Virus record (IMG/VR): IMGVR_UViG_3300037509_000067
Location: 30,952 to 94,951 of that record
DNA length: 64,000 bases
From: a virus
Strand: one strand, 5' to 3'
The notes beneath the pieces were generated by a model, which saw nothing but the letters and a program-made list of their open reading frames with translations, ran no database searches and had not been told where the DNA came from. Position numbers and translations under genes: made by a program. Shown here in pieces: positions 8,982 through 16,468 of the stretch (the first letter of the stretch is position 1; every line of letters begins with the position of its first letter).

Positions 8982-9817
8982 CGATGGTAACAGCAACAGC
9001 CAAGGGACTTAGCAAGCCCATTACAGCAGCAGATAGAGAAGCCTTTAGTGTCAAGCAAACCCAAGAGCGTTGGGCAAGTTTGCGAGCTATCTGGAAGCAG
9101 ACAGGGATAACAAACGCGGACGCGGTTGACCCCACTACACTACCTCAACTAGTTCCACTAACGGAACAAAGGATTGCCGACTGCCTGAAGATACTTGATG
9201 AGTGTGAGCGGACTTGGCAGATCGAGCGACAGGTGATGATCTACTTCCACAATAGCGAGATTCATAAACACCCCTCAATCAACTGCGAAAGCTTTGGGTT
9301 ATTCCTAGCTCGAACATTCAGCAGGAAAAGACACCTTCGGTACCAGAAGGAAGTTGCGATCGCTCGTCGGGAAGAGTTACTGGGTATCCCCATCGCAACC
9401 TATTCCAGAGACCAATTCAGGAGAATGGAACGATTTAGGTGTTTTGTGCCAATAGGAGGAGTACAAGACAAAGCGGGTGGAAAACTTCAGGGGGTACGCC
9501 CTGGAGTGAAGCGAGACGAACTTCAGATTGCGCGACTGAAAGAATGCTGGCAGATTGCCTGTGAACTATCTGATTCAAACCGACCAGAAACCCACCACCT
9601 AGAGTCAGCCGCCGAAGAAATGAACCGGCGATACCCAGGGGAGTATCCGGATTTAAAACCCCGCAGCTCACGACAAATCTGGAAAAATCGAGCAATTACG
9701 GCAGAGAAAAAGCTCATCTCACTACAGAGCTGGGAAAAGCGGGCAATCCTAGCCGAAAATCGAGTCGCAGAACTAGAAACCAGACTAGCTCAACTAACCA
9801 CAGGAGCCAACAAATGA
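8978..9817 (+). CDS. Hypothetical phage protein
   Basis: 279 aa, coupled at both ends. Confidence 0.75.
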   Translation: MTMVTATAKGLSKPITAADREAFSVKQTQERWASLRAIWKQTGITNADAVDPTTLPQLVPLTEQRIADCLKILDECERTWQIERQVMIYFHNSEIHKHPSINCESFGLFLARTFSRKRHLRYQKEVAIARREELLGIPIATYSRDQFRRMERFRCFVPIGGVQDKAGGKLQGVRPGVKRDELQIARLKECWQIACELSDSNRPETHHLESAAEEMNRRYPGEYPDLKPRSSRQIWKNRAITAEKKLISLQSWEKRAILAENRVAELETRLAQLTTGANK

Positions 9818-10167
9818 GCCAACCAACTATCGACCAAATCAAGGCTCACTTACAAAAAGGTAGGGTTTCCCAGCTTTCGACTGAAGAAGCTATTTGCTGG
9901 ATCAGCTATCGAATGCTAGATGGGGAGGTTTACATGAGTGGCTTAACTCACTCTCCTCCACCCGGTTTTCAAATCTCCGACACTATCTGCGTTTGTGCGC
10001 TGCGGTGGCTGGAAAGTCGCAACGCAGTTTACGTCAACTTGTTCAATCCAAAATCAAGAGGGAGACCCCGTAGAATATACACCGCAAAAGACTTGAAGCT
10101 AGTCCAACAACTTGCCGACTTGTGGGGAGAATTTTTGCTAGGCAAGGAGCAACGCACATCCGCTTAG
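9814..10167 (+). CDS. PadR-family winged-helix protein, Pex (period extender)-like
   Basis: LSTEEAICWI, ISDT...ALRWLE, RGRPRRIY and LADLW match recalled cyanobacterial Pex motifs. Confidence 0.75.
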   Translation: MSQPTIDQIKAHLQKGRVSQLSTEEAICWISYRMLDGEVYMSGLTHSPPPGFQISDTICVCALRWLESRNAVYVNLFNPKSRGRPRRIYTAKDLKLVQQLADLWGEFLLGKEQRTSA

Positions 10168-10222
10168 TAGCTCAATGCAAACCCCCTACTTACAAATCAA
10201 ACCCACTCACCCCCTTAAAACC

Positions 10223-10330
10223 ATGCAATTAATCATTGCGATCGCCAAGCTCCAGAAGAAGGGATTGCTTTACCGCCAACCTAAGGCGATCCAACTGGAA
10301 CTGTTTGAAGATGTGAAGGTAGAAGACTAA
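10223..10330 (+). CDS. 35-aa peptide with QLELF motif
   Basis: MQLIIAIAKLQKKGLLYRQPKAIQLELFEDVKVED; translated by hand. Confidence 0.45.
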   Translation: MQLIIAIAKLQKKGLLYRQPKAIQLELFEDVKVED

Positions 10331-10365
10331 CACCCTTCCCTGTTAACACTAACAGAAACAATATC

Positions 10366-10563
10366 ATGCACCCCCTCGACACACTCCCACCCCCACTAGC
10401 AGAAGTCGCCGCGCCGAGCAACTGCGCCACCTGTCGGCACTGGATAGGTCAGCAGCGGTTTGGCGTACCGCTTCTTTGTACGGCAAAGCATCAAGGTCAT
10501 GATTGGGGGAAACATCCTAGCTGTAATCAGTACCACAGAAGGCAGGACAATGCAAAGCTCTAA
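10366..10563 (+). CDS. Cys-rich small protein
   Basis: CATCRHW...C...C pattern. Confidence 0.55.
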   Translation: MHPLDTLPPPLAEVAAPSNCATCRHWIGQQRFGVPLLCTAKHQGHDWGKHPSCNQYHRRQDNAKL

Positions 10564-10840
10564 CTCTAAAATCTCAGTGATGCTTGAGAGTAACGGGTTT
10601 CGGTTCATAGGGTTCCATTCGCTAGACGGCTCCCCCAACAGGAATACCGACCTCATCGGCGTTGAGACTTGGGAGGTACACCTAGAACCCTTCCTATCCG
10701 TGTACTGTCAGCAGACAGGAGCCACTTGGATTCCCTTTCGATGTCGGTACGGGGTTGAGGAAATCAAGCGCCTCCTCTGGCTTGCTACACCTAAATCTTG
10801 GAAAGAGTGGAGAGCTAGACATGGTCTGTGGACATTTTAA
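10550..10840 (+). CDS. Hypothetical protein, paralog of 13486-13776 (start refined to MQSS)
   Basis: Shared LES.GF and WIP...VE.+KRL+ motifs. Confidence 0.6.
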   Translation: MQSSNSKISVMLESNGFRFIGFHSLDGSPNRNTDLIGVETWEVHLEPFLSVYCQQTGATWIPFRCRYGVEEIKRLLWLATPKSWKEWRARHGLWTF

Positions 10841-11051
10841 TTTCATCGTGAGGGACAACTGGCTACTTTGCCAAGATTGCCCTCACGGCATTCGAGCAGA
10901 CAGCCCACAAGGAAAACGCAGGATTGAACGCAGACAGGGTCTTCACCAGCTTGACCCGCAGCAGTTAGCAACATTCCGAGCGCTGCAAGAGAGTTACCAA
11001 GAGTTAATAAAAGAAACAACTAAAACAGTAGCCTTCAAGGGGGATAAGTAG
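10821..11051 (+). CDS. Zn-binding small protein, paralog of 13229-13489 (start refined to MVCG)
   Basis: Shared CGH.NF..R..WLLC.DC..GI++DS motif. Confidence 0.65.
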   Translation: MVCGHFNFIVRDNWLLCQDCPHGIRADSPQGKRRIERRQGLHQLDPQQLATFRALQESYQELIKETTKTVAFKGDK

Positions 11052-11717
11052 GTGAAGGGATTTGGAAAGCAGCCGCAAACTGAATCAAAGGACTACAGAA
11101 GTCTTTACAGGCAGATAGAGTTTCTGGTCGTTGCCATGAGCAAAGGGGAACTCACCGACAATGTACCTATTTTCACAACGTCATTGAAACGAAAACGCAT
11201 CCTTTCTCAAGCTGTTCATGCCTTGGCTCAGAAGCACCCCAGCTGTCACTTGCAAGTAATGGCACTTGATGAAGACACCCCCGGCACCATGATTGTTCCC
11301 CACAAACGAGGGGTAGAAGGCTTCTCTAGCGCATGGGTGTCGCTGTCTCCTCAATCAGGTAAGTGGCGGGTGATGGCTGCCCCTTCAGGGGCTTGGGAGT
11401 GCCGTTGCTTAACCGTATGGGAGGAGGAGGCGAAAGCATGGGAGATCTGCGAGTCGATCATTGAACGAGTGACCCGAATACCTTTGGCTGACTGGAAAGA
11501 ATGCAAGGGTGAGTACCTAAAGCTACTGCGATCGCTTCCACCCGATGACGACTCAATAATTGGCGTGGTGGATTTGGAGGCGCGGGAGTTGGTTCCATTC
11601 GACCGGCGAATACAGCAAGGGTTGCTGCCGTTATTGAATAGGGCGATCGCGGGGGACAGGGACGCCATGAGTCAGCTAGATGCGGCGATTAAGCAGCTTA
11701 GACACGAGGCGGTATGA
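11052..11717 (+). CDS. Hypothetical phage protein
   Basis: 221 aa, GTG start, MKGFGKQP N-terminus. Confidence 0.7.
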   Translation: MKGFGKQPQTESKDYRSLYRQIEFLVVAMSKGELTDNVPIFTTSLKRKRILSQAVHALAQKHPSCHLQVMALDEDTPGTMIVPHKRGVEGFSSAWVSLSPQSGKWRVMAAPSGAWECRCLTVWEEEAKAWEICESIIERVTRIPLADWKECKGEYLKLLRSLPPDDDSIIGVVDLEARELVPFDRRIQQGLLPLLNRAIAGDRDAMSQLDAAIKQLRHEAV

Positions 11718-11733
11718 GTCTTTACTCTTCCTC

Positions 11734-12336
11734 TCAGGCTGCGGTGGAAGCTGAGATACTGAGTTGCCTGCGAGACTGGATAAGAACAAACAAGTCCTTA
11801 GGTGATACCCCAAAGTCTGGAGCTAGAGCTTCGATTTCATGCAGGTTGGGCGATCTCATTGGATCGTTCAGCCAGTTAAACCAAGTGACATGGCTAAACT
11901 TCCCCTTTGACTGCTTCGCGAGTTTTCGATACGAAAGTTTATTGAATTCTTCTTGTTGCTCTGGAGTAGGAGTTTTACAGAGATTACTGGATGGCGTCCT
12001 TAATTCAATCCGTTCACTCTCAGGAGTTGGTCTTAACTTAACCCTAGCTCTATTGAGGCGTGGCTTCCATTGTGTTATTAGTGCTGACTCTATCGCTGAG
12101 AGCAGGGTCGCGTCTGAACACTGCAACCAGGCAATCCGAATACTACTAGAAAGCTGTTGAAGTTCATAAAGTCTATGATGACCACGCCATCTCTGCAAAA
12201 GATTTTTAGCTCTCCCAATGTAAATAACAGATTCGCACTCAAGCACGAGATAAACAGCAGGGCATTGAGGCAAGTTGTTACGCTCTTCAATACTCAGGCA
12301 AGGAAGCCCGGTCACATCAATATCAACAGCAGGCAT
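11734..12336 (-). CDS. GIY-YIG nuclease fused to a C-terminal XRE-like HTH
   Basis: AVYLV...IYIGRAKNLLQRWRGHH; C-terminal LSYRKLAK...NLHEIEALAPDFGV. Confidence 0.8.
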   Translation of the reverse strand: MPAVDIDVTGLPCLSIEERNNLPQCPAVYLVLECESVIYIGRAKNLLQRWRGHHRLYELQQLSSSIRIAWLQCSDATLLSAIESALITQWKPRLNRARVKLRPTPESERIELRTPSSNLCKTPTPEQQEEFNKLSYRKLAKQSKGKFSHVTWFNWLNDPMRSPNLHEIEALAPDFGVSPKDLFVLIQSRRQLSISASTAA

Positions 12337-12541
12337 GATCTACCTCTTCAACTAAGTCAGTCAATCGGCAGTTCAGCACACGGCAAATGATTGCCAATGA
12401 CTCACCATCTATGCGAGGCATTACGTCAGCAGACTTTAGTCTTGATACGGAAGTCCAATGAACGTCTAACGCCTCAGCCAAATCCTTGTTTTTTACTTTC
12501 CTGTCAGCCATCAACTGACGGAGGTTCCACTTCAGTTTCAC
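12323..12541 (-). CDS. Cro/C1-type HTH regulator
   Basis: WNLRQLMADRKVKNKDLAEALDVHWTSVSRLK...ICRVLNC. Confidence 0.85.
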   Translation of the reverse strand: MKLKWNLRQLMADRKVKNKDLAEALDVHWTSVSRLKSADVMPRIDGESLAIICRVLNCRLTDLVEEVDHACC

Positions 12542-12722
12542 GTTGGTTTCCTTGTAACTTTCTAAAACATATCTTAGCGAGTTTTACACAAACGTGCAAC
12601 ATTTGCTATAGTTTAAAGGAGGCGCAAGAGGTCACCCAGAAATGGCAAAGCCCACCTGTCTACAGCAGATGAGCTTTTGATTTTAGAAACATAATTCCGC
12701 TCCTTTTAGGGCGGCTTTGTAA

Positions 12723-13232
12723 ATGACTATAACACGGGAAAGTCAGTCCCTGCAAGGGATTGAAGCGACGAATTTAGCGAATCAAGTAGCAGATACTACG
12801 AATGTATTCGCCAATCAACCCACCGAATATGACGCAGTTCCCGGTGGCACCGCATCACCTCTAGCGACGGCAGCTGTACTGGGAGGGCAAGAGAAGTACC
12901 TAGCTAAGCTATTCGACCTATTCAATGCGGAGTGTCAGCGGCGGAACAAGACCCATGTCCTACTGAAGCTTAGCGCCGACGTTTCACTAGTTGGGCAAAA
13001 CAGGCGTCAACCGCTAGACGATTTAAAGGTCAAAGTTAGGCACGTTCTAAACGTAGAGCATCGGGGGTTAACCGCTTACTGGATATTCGCAGGTTATCTC
13101 AAGCACAAAGGTAGTCTCTTCTTACCCCACGAAGCAATGTATGTTCCAGCGACAGCGTGCAGTAATGAGCTAAAGAGTATCGCCTACCAGGCTCTCATCC
13201 TGAAGGCAAGAGAAGTGGGAGGTCTGCAATGA
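12723..13232 (+). CDS. Hypothetical phage protein
   Basis: 169 aa, divergent from the HTH gene. Confidence 0.7.
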   Translation: MTITRESQSLQGIEATNLANQVADTTNVFANQPTEYDAVPGGTASPLATAAVLGGQEKYLAKLFDLFNAECQRRNKTHVLLKLSADVSLVGQNRRQPLDDLKVKVRHVLNVEHRGLTAYWIFAGYLKHKGSLFLPHEAMYVPATACSNELKSIAYQALILKAREVGGLQ

Positions 13233-13489
13233 GCATCACCTGCGGACACTGGAATTTCACAGATCGAGGAGCTTGGCTCCTGTGTCACGACTGTGAGTGT
13301 GGCATCAAATCGGACTCACGCACGGGGCAGCGACTCCTCAGAAAGCATTACGGAAATGAGCTAGGCATCCCAGCAAACCTCGTCTCCATACACATGAGCC
13401 TCCGAGAGAGATATCAGCAGCTTATCGAAAAAGCTGGGACTAGTGACCCAGAAGTATTGGCAAGGCTAGCAAACGGGGGTGAGAAATGA
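13229..13489 (+). CDS. Zn-binding small protein (paralog of 10821-11051)
   Basis: CGHWNF...LLCHDC. Confidence 0.7.
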   Translation: MSITCGHWNFTDRGAWLLCHDCECGIKSDSRTGQRLLRKHYGNELGIPANLVSIHMSLRERYQQLIEKAGTSDPEVLARLANGGEK

Positions 13490-13776
13490 GCATCCCACAG
13501 ACCAAATCGATTGTCTTACTGGAATCAATCGGCTTTGAGTATGGCTACCAGTTACTACCAGAAGCCTCTAATTACCAGGTAGACATCCACGGCGACATTG
13601 AAGAGTATTTGGGCTGGCAAATCCAGTCAAGCCCAGTATTCGCTGTAATCCACAAGGATGGGCACGTCTGGATACCGCTGTTTGAGGAGACAGAGGATGT
13701 CGAGCGGGTTAAGCGGTTGATTCGCAAGGGTGTGGAGCAAGACTTTGCAAGAGCGATGGGGGTGGAAAATGTCTGA
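13486..13776 (+). CDS. Hypothetical protein (paralog of 10550-10840)
   Basis: Coupled ORF with shared motifs. Confidence 0.7.
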   Translation: MSIPQTKSIVLLESIGFEYGYQLLPEASNYQVDIHGDIEEYLGWQIQSSPVFAVIHKDGHVWIPLFEETEDVERVKRLIRKGVEQDFARAMGVENV

Positions 13777-14992
13777 CACCCTCTCAGAACGCAGAAGGAA
13801 GCAAATCTATATTGATAGCAAGCTTGACGAACTACCGCTAACGATGGAAGCCTTTAGAGTCTACTGCCATTTAGCTCGACGGGCGGGAAGAGACGGTCAG
13901 GCTTTCCCTTCTTACAAGTCAATTGCTCAGTCATGCTTCAAAGGGTCTTTCCCTAATTCCTCCATCGATTCGCTTAGGCAAAAGGCGATCGCCGCAGTCA
14001 AAGAGCTTATTTCCTGGAACCTTATTGAAAAGAGAGAAGATTGTCGAGCTGATGGGTCACAAAGCACCAATCATTACGAATTAACTGACTTATCTGAATG
14101 GCTTGAAGAGCCGATCGAACCTTCAACCCTAGCACGCAAGCCAGGAACATTCCGAGGGAATCGATACACGAAAAAGCCTGAAGGTGGTAGCCCGGAACTA
14201 CCCACCCCAGTAGTCACCAACTACCACCCCAGTAGTCACCAACTACCACCCCTAGTAGTCACCAACTACCCTGTGGTAGCTACCGACTACTCCAATGAAG
14301 GTAATCCATATAAGGGCATCCAAATTGAAGGGTATCCAATTGAAGTCCCCCTTAGTCCCCCAGCGGGGGAATCAATCGAGTCAGTTCCCTCTGTTGAGAT
14401 TGCCGAGGAAGAAGTAAGCTCTTCTCCTTTGCAAGAAAAAGGCAGTGAGTTAACGCTACTCACTCCGCAACCAGATCTAGGGTTAGACAAACCTTCCGGG
14501 CAGCGTGTTGCAACAAAAGCAAAAAACAAAGAACTAATAAGCCAAGAGTTGCAATACTTCCTGGAAGCCTATCGAGCCGAAAAGCCCAGTAACTTTGTTG
14601 ACCATCGTGACTTGTCTCAGAAGCACATCAAGGCAATCAACAAACTGGCTAAGGAATATGGAACCCGCTCTCTGGAAATTTTTGTGGGTGCGCTGCGGTG
14701 GGTTCGAGAGCAGAAAAATGACTGGTGGAGGAAGGAATCATTCTCCCTCGATAACTTGATGAGCAATAGCAAGCTCACCGAGTACGCGGACAAGCACTTC
14801 TTTGCAATGGAGACCGATAAAGCTTACTGCGATCGCATAGAAGGCAGGGCGCTCTCTTACGACAAAGCGCGTAGCAACGGATTTTCAATCATCAATAAAA
14901 ACGGCGAACAGGTGACGGGGGCTAGTGCTGAGTGCGCCGAAGCCGTAGCAAATGACGCAATTCTGCAATTCTTCTTGGAGGCAAAAATATGA
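13769..14992 (+). CDS. Phage replication initiator (lambda O-like position, N-terminal wHTH)
   Basis: FRVYCHLARRAG...AFPSYKSIAQSC; internal iterons; followed by a loader-like gene. Confidence 0.8.
   Translation: MSDTLSERRRKQIYIDSKLDELPLTMEAFRVYCHLARRAGRDGQAFPSYKSIAQSCFKGSFPNSSIDSLRQKAIAAVKELISWNLIEKREDCRADGSQSTNHYELTDLSEWLEEPIEPSTLARKPGTFRGNRYTKKPEGGSPELPTPVVTNYHPSSHQLPPLVVTNYPVVATDYSNEGNPYKGIQIEGYPIEVPLSPPAGESIESVPSVEIAEEEVSSSPLQEKGSELTLLTPQPDLGLDKPSGQRVATKAKNKELISQELQYFLEAYRAEKPSNFVDHRDLSQKHIKAINKLAKEYGTRSLEIFVGALRWVREQKNDWWRKESFSLDNLMSNSKLTEYADKHFFAMETDKAYCDRIEGRALSYDKARSNGFSIINKNGEQVTGASAECAEAVANDAILQFFLEAKI
14209..14270 (+). repeat. Iteron-like tandem repeats, putative origin
   Basis: AGTAGTCACCAACTACC at 14209, 14231 and 14254 (22/23-bp spacing, which changes frame), with degenerate flanking copies. 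Confidence 0.75.
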
Positions 14993-15723
14993 TTAACGAA
15001 CAGCTTTTCAACTGGGCGATTGAACTTCTCAAGGAAAACTTTCCACGAGAACACGAAAAGAGAAAGCTCGAATCCAAGGCTGTACTAGCGTTGTGGAAAG
15101 AGTGCTTTGATGAAGAGCTAACAGACCAAGAGTTTGCTGTTGCCGTAAAGTACATCTGCCGTAATTTCGACTTCCTCCCAGCCCCAGCGAAGTTGGTTGA
15201 ACACATCAATGGCGGCAAAGAGGCCAAGGCTATTCAGGAATGGCAAACCATTGTGGGATATGCCAGTGACTGCCGCAATGAGGCTCAGCTTGTCTCCCTT
15301 GGTAATCGCGCTCGTGTTGCCCTGCAAGCTATCGGTGGTCTGTCGGCTGTTGGATACGCCGATCAAATTACTTGTCAGCGGTTAGAGAAGTCATTCATCA
15401 CTGTTTACTGCCAGTGCAGCGCCAAGGATAACAAGTCTCTTCCGCAGGCTTCGTATGATACCGCTCCTGAAGCCGTAGAGGTTGATGTAGAACCTGCGCC
15501 TATGCCAGAACATATCAAGGTGCAATTTGAGGCGTTCAGGGCTAATTTCGAGGGCAGCAAGAAAAAAGCCCCTGTCCCGCAAGAGAAGACCGTTCCATCA
15601 AGGGAATTGCCGGAAGACGTAAGGAAAGAAATTGAGGCGGTAATGGCACGGACAGCCCAGCGAGTTAAGCCTGATTCACAGCCAGTGAAACTTGGAGATT
15701 TGGTAGAAGGGTTGGAGTTTTAG
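14989..15723 (+). CDS. Helicase loader/inhibitor-like protein (DUF6475-like)
   Basis: Lambda P position; FLPAPAKLVE and EWQTIV...ALQAIGG motifs. Confidence 0.55.
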   Translation: MINEQLFNWAIELLKENFPREHEKRKLESKAVLALWKECFDEELTDQEFAVAVKYICRNFDFLPAPAKLVEHINGGKEAKAIQEWQTIVGYASDCRNEAQLVSLGNRARVALQAIGGLSAVGYADQITCQRLEKSFITVYCQCSAKDNKSLPQASYDTAPEAVEVDVEPAPMPEHIKVQFEAFRANFEGSKKKAPVPQEKTVPSRELPEDVRKEIEAVMARTAQRVKPDSQPVKLGDLVEGLEF

Positions 15724-15727
15724 TGTC

Positions 15728-15937
15728 ATGCAGATTCACGACTACTCCCACCTCATTTTCTCTTGCCGCCAACAACTGCACCGCATTGGTCTGACATGGA
15801 AATCCCCTCGCGTCTTGGACTTCTGCGAACGCGCCACGGGGCATCAAGACGCTCATTACCTAAGCGAACGACACCTGCAAATGTTGCTGACCAAATTACA
15901 GTCTGAACCCACCCCACAAAAAGAGGATGTTGCGTGA
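15728..15937 (+). CDS. Hypothetical small protein
   Basis: 69 aa, coupled. Confidence 0.6.
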   Translation: MQIHDYSHLIFSCRQQLHRIGLTWKSPRVLDFCERATGHQDAHYLSERHLQMLLTKLQSEPTPQKEDVA

Positions 15938-16467
15938 TGGCATTACAAGATATTCGCGAATTGAGTGGCACGGCTGAAGTAGGAGCCTTTTATCTGGTTC
16001 CTTGCGTGAAGGTAAAAGACGAGCATCCCCTTGGGGTTCCACATCTTAAACTTGCTTATCAAGGCTTGTGGATGCCTGTATTGGAAGGCGTTCATGAAGA
16101 CCCGGAACTTAAAACTCCCGAATCACACATTCATCCTGACTGGCGGTTTATCCCGGAAGCTGTAATCAAAAGACTTGATCTCCAACTACGAAGGGGCTAC
16201 GCAGGTGCGGTCATTTCGGATCGAGATATCGAAAGTCCTGTGCCCATTCTGAAGCGGAGAAAGATGCTTCGAGCATTCACCATGCCTGACGGTGCGTGCC
16301 ACGCCCTAGAGCCAATCTACGTCGGCAAAAAGTCGGGTTGCTTCACCTGCCCTCATCGCGGTGTGTCACTTGCGGGATTGAAGCCAGATGAGCAAGGCAA
16401 TGTGATTTGCCCTGGACATGGGCTGAAGGTGAATCAGCGAACAGGCTTAGTAGTGAGGAGAGGTTGA
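15934..16467 (+). CDS. Protein with C-terminal Rieske [2Fe-2S]-type motif
   Basis: CPH-x17-CPGH at 16348-16419. Confidence 0.7.
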   Translation: MMALQDIRELSGTAEVGAFYLVPCVKVKDEHPLGVPHLKLAYQGLWMPVLEGVHEDPELKTPESHIHPDWRFIPEAVIKRLDLQLRRGYAGAVISDRDIESPVPILKRRKMLRAFTMPDGACHALEPIYVGKKSGCFTCPHRGVSLAGLKPDEQGNVICPGHGLKVNQRTGLVVRRG

Positions 16468-16468
16468 G

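Noticed and set aside
11714-12672. Plus-strand ORFs 11714-12160, 12157-12390 and 12391-12672
   Set aside because: Antisense to the GIY-YIG and HTH genes, which carry clear motifs.
14209-14270. 22/23-bp repeats as a mini CRISPR array
   Set aside because: Gaps are only 5-6 nt and the array lies inside the initiator gene; iterons fit better.
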